A stretch of DNA of 38,242 bases from Candidatus Woesearchaeota archaeon (lineage in GTDB: Archaea; Nanobdellota; Nanobdellia; Pacearchaeales; GW2011-AR1), in assembly GCA_964383885.1 (NCBI GenBank), contig CAYLHY010000002.1:1-38242 (forward strand), in the 5' to 3' direction. The translations under genes and the position numbers were made by a program. Position 1 is the stretch's first letter; each line of letters starts with the position of its first letter. The notes beneath the pieces were generated by a model. It was not told the DNA's origin. It saw only the letters and a program-made list of their open reading frames with translations, and ran no database searches. Of this stretch, positions 7,966 to 15,974 are shown piece after piece.

Positions 7966-9240
7966 ATGAAAAAAATAATTTTAATTACATGTATTTTATT
8001 AATTCTGACTCTGTCTTTTGCGTCAGCTGTAGAATTTAAAGTTAAATCAGAATATAAAAAAGGAGAAGCTTTTATTGCTGAATTATCAGGACAATTTTCA
8101 AAACCTCCTCTTAAAGAGAATATAGAATTTTTTAGAGGACACGTAAGAGTTGCATTTGATCATGAAGTTTCTAAAATTGGAGACAATTATTACATTTTCG
8201 CGCCTCTAATTGGAAAATTCCCTGGAAATTACTCTATTGTTATAGATGATATTGAATATAAACAAGAAGGGCAATTCACTGACAGTCCTTTAATAAAAAA
8301 TTTCACAATCAGCGAGGAACTTGCTGATTTTTCAATTGATAAAGGGTTTATTTCAACTAATGAAGATTTTTCAATTACTCTTGATAATCTTTTAGATAAA
8401 AAAATAAATGTTTTGTTAAAAATAAATACTCTTTCTGGTCAAGAAGGAGGAATTGAAAATTATGAAGACAATAAAGAATACTCTATTGAATTAAATCCAG
8501 GAACAAAAAAAATTGAATTTAATCTAGCTTCAGGAGTTGAATCCAGCCTTAAATTAATAAGCTTTTCTTCAGGAAATCTTTCTTATGAAATTCCTGTAAA
8601 TATTTTCATTGATGTTCAGACTAAAGAAGGAAAAATTTTTGATTTAGATATAGCTCCTCCTGAATTAAACATAATTCTTCCAACAAATTCAAATTTAACA
8701 AAATTAATTTATATATACAACACAGGAACAGGAAGGCTTAATGACATTAAAGTTACGTTAGATGATTCCTTAAAACCTTATGCAACTCTATCAGAAGATT
8801 CTTTTGGACAAATTCTTCCTCAGGATAATGCTCATCTTACTTTAAACATTGTTTCAGGAGGAGAAAAAACTCTTCAAGGAAGAATAAGTGTTTCAACAGC
8901 AGAAGGAGTTTCAGACTCAATTAAAGTTTCTATAACTGTTGAAAAAGATTATGAAATCCCAGAAGAACAGCAACAAGATTTATCTACAACAGACACTTGC
9001 GAGGAAATTAAAGGGAATGTTTGTAAAGAAGGCGAGGAGTGTTTAGGAGATTATGTTTTTGCAAAAAATCAATTCTGCTGCATTGGGAAATGCGTTCCTT
9101 CTAAAAAACCATTCACAAAAATAATTGGATGGATTATTTTTTTAATAGTAATTGTTGTGGTGTATTGGATTTTAACTAAATACAAAAAAACCAAATCTGT
9201 TAAAATTAATTTATTAAAAATAGCTCAGAAAAAGAAATAA
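7966..9240 (+). CDS. Surface-anchored protein: signal peptide, beta-sandwich-like region, one Cys-rich stalk module, C-terminal TM anchor
   Basis: The signal peptide is MKKIILITCILLILTLSFASA. The Cys module CEEIKGNVCKEGEECLGDYVFAKNQFCCIGKC lies at nt 8998-9093. It is followed by the TM helix IIGWIIFLIVIVVVYWIL and a Lys-rich end. Confidence 0.7.
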   Translation: MKKIILITCILLILTLSFASAVEFKVKSEYKKGEAFIAELSGQFSKPPLKENIEFFRGHVRVAFDHEVSKIGDNYYIFAPLIGKFPGNYSIVIDDIEYKQEGQFTDSPLIKNFTISEELADFSIDKGFISTNEDFSITLDNLLDKKINVLLKINTLSGQEGGIENYEDNKEYSIELNPGTKKIEFNLASGVESSLKLISFSSGNLSYEIPVNIFIDVQTKEGKIFDLDIAPPELNIILPTNSNLTKLIYIYNTGTGRLNDIKVTLDDSLKPYATLSEDSFGQILPQDNAHLTLNIVSGGEKTLQGRISVSTAEGVSDSIKVSITVEKDYEIPEEQQQDLSTTDTCEEIKGNVCKEGEECLGDYVFAKNQFCCIGKCVPSKKPFTKIIGWIIFLIVIVVVYWILTKYKKTKSVKINLLKIAQKKK

Positions 9241-9265
9241 TTTTTGTTGATTTTATTACATGCGA

Positions 9266-9733
9266 TTATTCTTCAGACTTTTCAGGACTCTTTTTAGAAA
9301 ACTTTGACTCTTTAAGTAATTCACTAAGTTTTTTTTCTAATTTTACTTTTTCTATCTGCAGAATTCTTGCAATTTCATCATATCCATGAAGTCTTCTTGT
9401 TAATTCATTGAAGAACATAGTGAAATCATTATTCCTTACTATAAAGTTTTCAGGATATATAATGTCAATATGAGCTGGCATGTATTTGAAAACCAATGCA
9501 GCAAGCAGATGAATATCTTTAACTTCTAATTCAAGTTCTGCGAACGTAGTAAAAAAATCTTTTTTATTTTTAAGAGGAACAGGTTCATTAATTTTTTTAT
9601 CTGTGATTTTAACTCCTTTTTCTGAATCTATTTTTTCAACAATTTTTTCAAGAAATTCCTTTAAATGTTCTGCAGGTCTTCCTAATGCCTCTAGTATAAA
9701 CATAACTTTTATTTCTTGATTATCTGAACTCAT
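9266..9733 (-). CDS. Hypothetical protein (155 aa), last gene of the Hjc-like/ComEA-like unit
   Basis: ATG-initiated ORF that overlaps the ComEA-like gene by 14 nt. It has a coiled-coil-like C-terminus (IEKVKLEKKLSELLKESK) and matches no family I recognise. Confidence 0.55.
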   Translation of the reverse strand: MSSDNQEIKVMFILEALGRPAEHLKEFLEKIVEKIDSEKGVKITDKKINEPVPLKNKKDFFTTFAELELEVKDIHLLAALVFKYMPAHIDIIYPENFIVRNNDFTMFFNELTRRLHGYDEIARILQIEKVKLEKKLSELLKESKFSKKSPEKSEE

Positions 9734-10343
9734 TTTTGTATTTTCTTAATTTATTAAATCTTAGCACAAGTAAAAACATTATAATTATTGAAAAAAGCCC
9801 TAAGCTGTATAATGTATTACTTGTTAGTCTTTTAATGATGCTGTTGCTTTTTATATTTTTTGGATTTGGTTTAAGAATTATTTTTTCAGTTTTTTCTAAT
9901 TCATTTTCATTTTTTTGATTTTTAACAATTGAATAATTTATTTCATAATTTGTTTTATTCAAGCTAGAATCAATCTTTTCTGTATTTATTCTGTCTGCAG
10001 TATTTACATCCACGCATGCTAATCCTTGTTCTTTAATGTCATTTAATTTGCTTTCTCCAATTCCATAAATATTAATTAAATCATCAACAGATTTAAACAT
10101 AGTGTCTTGCCTGTAAGTAATTATTTCTTGAGCAGTTGCTTCTCCAATCCATTTTATTAAATCTAATTCTTCAGCAGAAGCAGTGTTTATGTTGATTTGT
10201 CCTTCTTGACATTTAGCAGAAATTAATTTTATGAAAATAATGCAGGCAATACAAACAACAAGGCAAATAATTAATCTAATTGCTGATTTTAATTTAAATA
10301 ATGTTAATTTATTCGTTATTAGTTTATTCGTTAGTTTATTCAT
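9720..10343 (-). CDS. ComEA-like helix-hairpin-helix DNA-binding protein with both N- and C-terminal TM anchors
   Basis: ININTASAEELDLIKWIGEATAQEIITYRQDTMFKSVDDLINIYGIGESKLNDIKEQG matches the ComEA tandem-HhH pattern (NtAs.eeL...GIG...A..Ii.yR...F.s.dDL..v.GIG). The N-terminal TM is IRLIICLVVCIACIIFIKLI and the C-terminal TM is LYSLGLFSIIIMFLLVL followed by a basic end. The track start at 10361 is a TTG; the first ATG is at 10343 and overlaps the upstream stop by 8 nt. Confidence 0.7.
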   Translation of the reverse strand: MNKLTNKLITNKLTLFKLKSAIRLIICLVVCIACIIFIKLISAKCQEGQININTASAEELDLIKWIGEATAQEIITYRQDTMFKSVDDLINIYGIGESKLNDIKEQGLACVDVNTADRINTEKIDSSLNKTNYEINYSIVKNQKNENELEKTEKIILKPNPKNIKSNSIIKRLTSNTLYSLGLFSIIIMFLLVLRFNKLRKYKNEFR

Positions 10344-10815
10344 ACTTTTTTTTGAAATCAATATATTCTATATTAATACTTCTTCCATTTTTGACAGCCT
10401 TTGCAATAAGTATCTTAGAAAAAAGCCCTAATTGAAGATAAAATCTACATTTATCTTTTTCTTCTTTAGTTAAATACCCGTTTTTCTTAACTTCTATTCC
10501 TATAATTTCTTTTCTTCCTTTTTTTGGAATTTTTAAAGCTATAAAATCAGGAAAACCTGTTCCAATAGATAAAGCTCTTAAAAAAGGATTGTATTTTCTT
10601 TTTGCAGGAATAATTCTGCCTTTTCCATTTGTAAATTCAACTGTGTTAGTCCATTTATCTACAATATAACCTTTCAATTCTAAATCTTTTCTTACTTTTA
10701 ATTCAAATCTTCTTCCTGCAGAACGATTTTTCTTTCCTTGTTTTGAAAAATTATGTTTTGCTTTTGTTTCTTTTTTTCTTTTTACCTCTTTTTTATTAGA
10801 ATTTTTTTTAGACAT
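10336..10815 (-). CDS. hjc: Hjc-type Holliday junction resolvase-like PD-(D/E)xK nuclease with a basic N-terminal extension
   Basis: GRRFELKVRKDLELKGYIV ... GFPDFIALK ... IIGIEVKKNGYLTKEE follows the Hjc E...D...ExK layout. The N-terminal ~30 aa are Lys/Arg-rich. A roughly 30-aa insert sits between the E and D elements. Confidence 0.6.
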   Translation of the reverse strand: MSKKNSNKKEVKRKKETKAKHNFSKQGKKNRSAGRRFELKVRKDLELKGYIVDKWTNTVEFTNGKGRIIPAKRKYNPFLRALSIGTGFPDFIALKIPKKGRKEIIGIEVKKNGYLTKEEKDKCRFYLQLGLFSKILIAKAVKNGRSINIEYIDFKKKYE

Positions 10816-10894
10816 TCTTTTGAATTCTTTTAATTAATTTTTATAATTTACAAATATATTACTTCTAATTTTTTCTAATCTTATTATAATCTTA

Positions 10895-11080
10895 TTACAA
10901 GTCTCTTGCTTGAAGAGTTCTTCTTCCATTAGCTTTAGCTCTTTCAATCGCCTTAAGCAGAACTTCTTCAACTTTTTTTTCTAAAGCCATTCCAACTTCT
11001 TCAGCAACACTTGTTATTTTATTTTCTTTGTCTAATTCTCTCACAACTTTTTTTATATTTGATTTTACAATTAAAGCCAT
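10895..11080 (-). CDS. Short histone-fold-like DNA-binding protein (appears to lack helix alpha3)
   Basis: 61 aa. SVAEEVGMALEKKVEEVLLKAIERAKANGRRTLQARDL resembles the archaeal histone alpha2-L2 segment (..A...A.HAGRKT!.a.D!), and the ORF ends right after it. GGAGGT lies 6 nt upstream of the ATG. Confidence 0.5.
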   Translation of the reverse strand: MALIVKSNIKKVVRELDKENKITSVAEEVGMALEKKVEEVLLKAIERAKANGRRTLQARDL

Positions 11081-11102
11081 TTTAACCTCCGAGCAATCAT
11101 TT

Positions 11103-12554
11103 TTATTTTTCAGGTTTCATGAAAGGAAACAATATAACATCTCTAATTGAATCTTGTCCTGTCAAAAGCATAACTAATCTATCTATTCCTATTCCAACTC
11201 CTCCTGCAGGAGGCATTCCATGCTTCATTGCATTTATAAAATCAACATCCAATTTATTAGCCTCTAAATGCGCTTTGAATTTTTCAGATTTCTTTCTTTT
11301 TTCAATTTGTTCTTTAAGTCTTTTTTCTTGTTCAATAGGATCATTTAATTCAGTATAAGCATTAGCAAGCTCCATTCCATTAACAAATAATTCAAATCTC
11401 TCAACTTTTTTAGGATCAATTCTATGTTCTTTTGTCAATGGACAAAGAGATTTAGGATAATCAATAATAAATGTAGGCTGAATTAAATTAGGTTCTACTT
11501 TTTCATCAAATAAAAATTGTATAGCTTCATCTCTAGTGGTTCCCTCAAATCCTAATTTCTTAGCTTCCTTTAAAACTGCCTTTTCATCACAAGGATCTAT
11601 TTTGCAGAATTTTTTAACAGCATCTTCTATTTCTAGTGCTTTATAAGGAGCTTTGAAATTTATTTCTTTACTTTGATATTTTATTTTAGTTTTTCCAGTT
11701 ATTTTCTTTGCAAGCATTTCAATCATTTGTTCTGTCATTTTTTTAACATCATTATAATCCCAGTAAGAAGCATAAATTTCCATCATTGTAAATTCAGGAT
11801 TATGATGCTTGTCAATTCCTTCATTTCTAAAATTTTTACATATAGTGTAAACTTTTTCAAATCCTCCTACTAATAATTTTTTTAAAAATATCTCTGGAGA
11901 AATAGAAAGATAAAGTTTCATATTCAAGGCATTTAATTTAGTGACAAAAGGGTCTGCTTCAGCTCCTCCATAAAGAGTCTGCAGAATTGGAGTCTCAACT
12001 TCTTCAAAACCTTTTTTACTTAAAAATTCTCTTATTGCAGAAATTATTTCAGCTCTTTTATCAAAAACTTTCTTAACTTCAGGATTCATAATTAAGTCCA
12101 AATATCTTTTTCTGTATCTTTCTTCTTTATCTTTTAAGCCGTGCCACTTTTCAGGAAGAGGCTTGATGCTTTTAGATAAAATCCATATTTTATTTACTAG
12201 TATAGAAATTTGATTTGTTTTTGTTTTAAAGACTTCTCCTTCTACTCCCAAAATATCTCCAACATCAATGTATTTTTTAAAAAATTCAAATGTTTCTTCT
12301 GGAGTTTTTGTTTTCTGAAAGACTATTTGTATTTTTCCTGAATAATCTTGTAAATCACAAAAAGCTATTTTTCCAATGTCTCTTTTTGTCATTAATCTTC
12401 CAGCAGTTTTAACTTTTGTTTTTATCTTTGACTTTAAACACTCTAAAATACTCTGCTTTTTTTCAAATTTATGAGGATAAGGATTAATTCCTTTACTCTT
12501 TAATTCTTTTAATTTTCTTAGCCTTTCTTGGATTATTTGTTCTTCACGCCCCAT
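11103..12554 (-). CDS. lysS: Lysyl-tRNA synthetase, class II
   Basis: 483 aa with an N-terminal OB anticodon-binding region. The class II core motifs are RKRYLDLIMNPEVKKVFDKRAEIISAIREFLSKKGFEEVETPILQ, YLSISPEIFLKKLLVGGFEKVYTICKNFRNEGIDKHHNPEFTMMEIYASY and GMPPAGGVGIGIDRLVMLLTG. Confidence 0.9.
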   Translation of the reverse strand: MGREEQIIQERLRKLKELKSKGINPYPHKFEKKQSILECLKSKIKTKVKTAGRLMTKRDIGKIAFCDLQDYSGKIQIVFQKTKTPEETFEFFKKYIDVGDILGVEGEVFKTKTNQISILVNKIWILSKSIKPLPEKWHGLKDKEERYRKRYLDLIMNPEVKKVFDKRAEIISAIREFLSKKGFEEVETPILQTLYGGAEADPFVTKLNALNMKLYLSISPEIFLKKLLVGGFEKVYTICKNFRNEGIDKHHNPEFTMMEIYASYWDYNDVKKMTEQMIEMLAKKITGKTKIKYQSKEINFKAPYKALEIEDAVKKFCKIDPCDEKAVLKEAKKLGFEGTTRDEAIQFLFDEKVEPNLIQPTFIIDYPKSLCPLTKEHRIDPKKVERFELFVNGMELANAYTELNDPIEQEKRLKEQIEKRKKSEKFKAHLEANKLDVDFINAMKHGMPPAGGVGIGIDRLVMLLTGQDSIRDVILFPFMKPEK

Positions 12555-12572
12555 TTTAATATTTCATATTTT

Positions 12573-12995
12573 TTACCTTTTATAATACTTCCTAAAACCT
12601 CTTTTATTTAATTCTTGATTTACAAGTTCATCTGCCATGATTTGAAATTTATCATATCTTCTTGCATGTAAGTATCTAACTTTGTTGAATTTATCTTGAA
12701 TTTTCTGGGCTTTTAAAAATAATTCTCTCAAATGAGGGCTTTTTACTCTGTATTCTCCAAGCATTTGTTTTACAATAAGTTCAGAATCAAGAATGCATGT
12801 AACTTCTTTTCCGAATTTTAAAGCTAATTCTAACGCTTTAATCAAAGCTTCATATTCAGCAGTATTATTAGTGACTCTTGCTCCAATATAATTGCTGTAT
12901 TTAGTCAAAATATTGCCGTCTTTTCTAATTATAACTCCAATAGCTCCTGGCCCTGGATTTCCTCTAGCACCCCCATCAGAATTTGTATATATCAT
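12573..12995 (-). CDS. rnhA: Ribonuclease HI (type 1 RNase H)
   Basis: SDGGARGNPGPGAIGVII, NNTAEYEALIKALELA and LDSELIVKQM supply the D-E-D catalytic layout in a 140-aa protein. Confidence 0.8.
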   Translation of the reverse strand: MIYTNSDGGARGNPGPGAIGVIIRKDGNILTKYSNYIGARVTNNTAEYEALIKALELALKFGKEVTCILDSELIVKQMLGEYRVKSPHLRELFLKAQKIQDKFNKVRYLHARRYDKFQIMADELVNQELNKRGFRKYYKR

Positions 12996-13007
12996 CTTTG
13001 CAATTAA

Positions 13008-13283
13008 TTAAATATGAAGAATTTTGAAATTTTTAAAACCCTGAAATTTTTCAGGTTTGATTTCTACTTTTTTGATTTGAGCATGTTTTGGACCTTTTTT
13101 GCATAATTCAATCATTTTATTTACATCTTCAGAATTACCTTCTAAAAAAACCTCTACTCTTCCATCCTCTAAATTTCTTGTAAAACCTTTAACATTATAT
13201 CTTTCTGCGTTGGTTTTTATGAAACTTCTGAAAAAAATTCCCTGGACTATTCCGCTTATGTATAACCTTACTGACTTTTTCAT
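13008..13283 (-). CDS. acyP: Acylphosphatase
   Basis: VRLYISGIVQGIFFRSFIKTNAERYNVKGFTRNLEDGRVEVFLEGNSEDV matches the V.G.VQGV.FR ... G.v.N..DG.VE motif. The track start at 13289 is a TTG; the first ATG is at 13283. Confidence 0.85.
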   Translation of the reverse strand: MKKSVRLYISGIVQGIFFRSFIKTNAERYNVKGFTRNLEDGRVEVFLEGNSEDVNKMIELCKKGPKHAQIKKVEIKPEKFQGFKNFKILHI

Positions 13284-13355
13284 AAACAATAAAATATTTT
13301 TAGATTATTAAAGTTTTGTATATCTTATGTTACTCAAACTTAGTTTTAAGTCCTC

Positions 13356-13937
13356 TTACAGATTTCTCCTGTCTAATTCATTATTAACAACTGCTATTGT
13401 CTGGCTTGCAAAATATGTTTTATTGCCTATTGAAATAAATTCTGCAATTTCTTTTAATCTTTTAAGTTCTTTTTTCGGCAGTCCTTTATGATCTCCTATA
13501 ACAAAAACAGAATTTTTAGTTAGATTTGCTTTTCTTATGTCTTTTCCTTTTTTATCAAGAACAAAAATCCTGTTGTTTTGAGAGAGTTCTTCAATCACTT
13601 TTAAGAAACTTTTTCTTTCAATGAAACATCCAGGAAGAACTTCTGTTTTTTCTCCTTCTTTGAATTTGTAAAGAATTTTTTGAATTAATTTTGCTACATT
13701 TTTTTTAGTTATTTCTAATTTCTTATGTCCGTGAATTTCAATGTGTTTTGGAGGATCTGGCATTCCATAAAAAATTAAATGAAATACAACATTTTCTCTT
13801 ATGTTGTGTGAAAGAAATAGTCCTTGGATGATTGAATGAATTGCTATATCCATTCTTCCAGCTTTCATTAAATCTCTTTTTCGTAAAGCTCCTCCAGAAG
13901 TAACTGCAGTGCTTGAAAAGTATATAAAATGCCTCAT
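13356..13937 (-). CDS. trmY: tRNA (pseudouridine54-N1)-methyltransferase TrmY (SPOUT, DUF358)
   Basis: MRHFIYFSSTA...AGRMDIAIHSIIQGLFLSHNIRENVVFHLIFYGMPDPPKHIEI...VFVIGDHKGLPKKE is closely collinear with what I recall of the M. jannaschii TrmY sequence. Confidence 0.8.
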   Translation of the reverse strand: MRHFIYFSSTAVTSGGALRKRDLMKAGRMDIAIHSIIQGLFLSHNIRENVVFHLIFYGMPDPPKHIEIHGHKKLEITKKNVAKLIQKILYKFKEGEKTEVLPGCFIERKSFLKVIEELSQNNRIFVLDKKGKDIRKANLTKNSVFVIGDHKGLPKKELKRLKEIAEFISIGNKTYFASQTIAVVNNELDRRNL

Positions 13938-13972
13938 TTTATTAGTAAATAAGTGTGTTATTTAAACCTGTC

Positions 13973-14881
13973 TTATATTGGCTGTAAAACAAACCTCGGT
14001 TTAGCGAATACATTCGGAGCATTTATAACTTCAAAAATTCCAATGAACTTGTTGTCAGAAAAAACACTGATTATTTTTCCTGTCTCAAAAACTTTTTCTT
14101 TTTCTTCTTCAGAAATTTCAGAATGATAAATTGGTTTTCCATGAAGGATTTTTTCTGAGGATTCTTTTTTAACTCTTACAATTGGATAAATCTTAGAGAC
14201 AATTTCAGCTGGAATAATTATTTTTCTTAATAATTCTTCATTTCCTTTTTCATATTCATCAACTGCTTTTTCAAAATCATATAAAGTCACACAAGGATAC
14301 TCGCCTTCTTCAGAAAAAACTCCTGCCTTTGTTCTTCTCAATTCAAGCATATGCATTCCTATTCTCATTTCCTCTCCTAAATCATGAATTAATTTTCTAA
14401 TGTAAGTTCCACCCTCAACCTCTGCCTTGAATAAAATATCCCTTAAATCTTCACTCTGTTCAATTAATTCAAATTTTTTGATTTCTCTTTTTCTTATTTG
14501 CCTTTTTACTCTTGATTTAACAGGAGGCATTTGTGAGATTTTTCCAATGAATTTTTCATCAATAACTTTTTGAATTTCACTCTTTTTTATTGGTTTATGA
14601 ATTCTCATAATTCCTACATATTCTTTGTCTTCTCCGAGAAAATATCCTGTTAATTTGCATGCTCTATTCAGCGCAATCGGCAGAACTCCTGTAACCTTAG
14701 GATCAAGAGTTCCGAAGTGACTTGTTTTTCTAAGTTTGAGTTTTTTCATTACAAATTCTGAAACACTAAAACTAGTCGGACCAGAAGGTTTGTCAATATT
14801 TATAATTCCAAATTCCAAAAGTTCTTTTATTGTTTTATTCTTTTTTATCTCTTCCAGATTTATTGAGTCTTTTTCTGCCAT
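13973..14881 (-). CDS. cbf5: H/ACA RNP pseudouridine synthase Cbf5 (TruB family) with a C-terminal PUA domain
   Basis: GIINIDKPSGPTSFSVSEFVMKKLKLRKTSHFGTLDPKVTGVLPIAL carries the catalytic Asp motif. The length is 302 aa with a PUA-like C-terminus. Confidence 0.88.
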   Translation of the reverse strand: MAEKDSINLEEIKKNKTIKELLEFGIINIDKPSGPTSFSVSEFVMKKLKLRKTSHFGTLDPKVTGVLPIALNRACKLTGYFLGEDKEYVGIMRIHKPIKKSEIQKVIDEKFIGKISQMPPVKSRVKRQIRKREIKKFELIEQSEDLRDILFKAEVEGGTYIRKLIHDLGEEMRIGMHMLELRRTKAGVFSEEGEYPCVTLYDFEKAVDEYEKGNEELLRKIIIPAEIVSKIYPIVRVKKESSEKILHGKPIYHSEISEEEKEKVFETGKIISVFSDNKFIGIFEVINAPNVFAKPRFVLQPI

Positions 14882-15591
14882 TCTCCTTTAAGGTATTTCT
14901 TTCTTTTATTTTCAGGAAATTTTTCTATTGAATATCTTAAAGTAACTCTTGGAATATTTTTATAATTTTTTTGTATGAAGTCTTCTAAAATTTTTCGGTT
15001 TTTCTTGCCTATCTCCCTCAACATCCATCCAACTGCTTTATGAATCAAATCATGTTTTGAATTTTCATCTTTTATTAAAATTTCAGAAATTTTTATAGGG
15101 TCTTTTAAATGATTATTTTTAATGAAAGTGTAGGTTGAAATAATAGAAATTCTTTTTTCCCATAAATTTTTGGATTTCGCCAGCTTGTAAAGAATCTTTT
15201 TTTCTTTTTTCTTATTCAATAAATAATCTCCGAGAATTATAGGAGCACTTAAATCAACTAAATCCCAATTGTTGATTTTTTTAGTGTTCTTTAAATAAAA
15301 TTTTACAAGTTTCTTTTTTTCTTTTTCTTTAGATTTTTTGAATTTTTCAATAAGAACAATCAACCCGCATAGTCTATGTTCATGAATTCTTGAATTAAGT
15401 AAATTTTGAATATCATTTAGAGTTAAATTATTGTATTTTTTGCAGATTTTTCTTTGAACAGGAACCCTGACTCCTAAGAAAGTGTCTCCTTCTCCATATT
15501 GGCCTTTTCCTGTCTTGAAAAATTTTTTCAGAATTTCAGCTTGTTGCTTGTCTGATGCTTTTTTTAAATCTTTAATTAAATTCTTCAACAT
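14860..15591 (-). CDS. DNA alkylation repair protein (AlkD/AlkC-like HEAT-repeat glycosylase family)
   Basis: FFKTGKGQYGEGDTFLGVRVPVQRKI, NNWDLVDLSAP and HKAVGWMLREIGK are characteristic of this family. Confidence 0.75.
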   Translation of the reverse strand: MLKNLIKDLKKASDKQQAEILKKFFKTGKGQYGEGDTFLGVRVPVQRKICKKYNNLTLNDIQNLLNSRIHEHRLCGLIVLIEKFKKSKEKEKKKLVKFYLKNTKKINNWDLVDLSAPIILGDYLLNKKKEKKILYKLAKSKNLWEKRISIISTYTFIKNNHLKDPIKISEILIKDENSKHDLIHKAVGWMLREIGKKNRKILEDFIQKNYKNIPRVTLRYSIEKFPENKRKKYLKGEWQKKTQ

Positions 15592-15629
15592 AATTAAAAA
15601 ATTTCATATAAATTTATATATTTATCTTA

Positions 15630-15968
15630 ATGATAAATGGCATGGATTTTATTTCATTAAGAGAAATGCAAATAGAAGTTGATAACTGGGTTCAGCAGTT
15701 TGATCCAGCTTATTGGCCTCCTCTTTCAATAATGGCGCAGATTTCAGAAGAAACAGGAGAACTTGCTAGGAATTTAAATAATATGTATGGAGGAAGAGTA
15801 AAAAAACAAGCAGATTCAATAAAAGGTTTAGGAGAAGAAATTTGCGATATAATGTTTGCATTAATATGTTTAGCAAATTCTCATAATATTGATTTAGATA
15901 AAGTTTGGAAAGAAACAATTTCCAGACGTTGCAAACGTGACGAAAACAGATATAAAAAGAAATTTTAA
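15630..15968 (+). CDS. mazG: MazG-type nucleotide pyrophosphohydrolase (small all-alpha NTP-PPase)
   Basis: ISEETGELARNL...LGEEICDIMFALICLANSHNIDLDKVW carries the EExxE...D metal-binding helices. Confidence 0.75.
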   Translation: MINGMDFISLREMQIEVDNWVQQFDPAYWPPLSIMAQISEETGELARNLNNMYGGRVKKQADSIKGLGEEICDIMFALICLANSHNIDLDKVWKETISRRCKRDENRYKKKF

Positions 15969-15974
15969 ATACAA

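Noticed and set aside
9720-10343. The ComEA-like gene (with class II LysRS and the AlkD-like gene) as a sign of bacterial contamination or a chimeric contig.
   Set aside because: These genes physically overlap or abut archaeal-type genes (Hjc-like, Cbf5, TrmY, eL31). They share the same AT-rich composition and the same start-site architecture. They are better read as resident, possibly laterally acquired, genes.
10311-10345. Short tandem repeat GTTTATTCGTTA x2 at the 5' end of the ComEA-like gene (encodes TNKLITNKLT).
   Set aside because: There are only about two copies of a 12-mer within coding sequence, in the cytoplasmic N-terminal tail. It is probably a trivial slippage duplication and is not a regulatory repeat I can support.
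11119-11873. Plus-strand ORFs 11119-11358 and 11673-11873 inside lysS, and 13099-13311 opposite acyP.
   Set aside because: These are shadow ORFs opposite well-supported genes, with no start context and no recognisable motifs.
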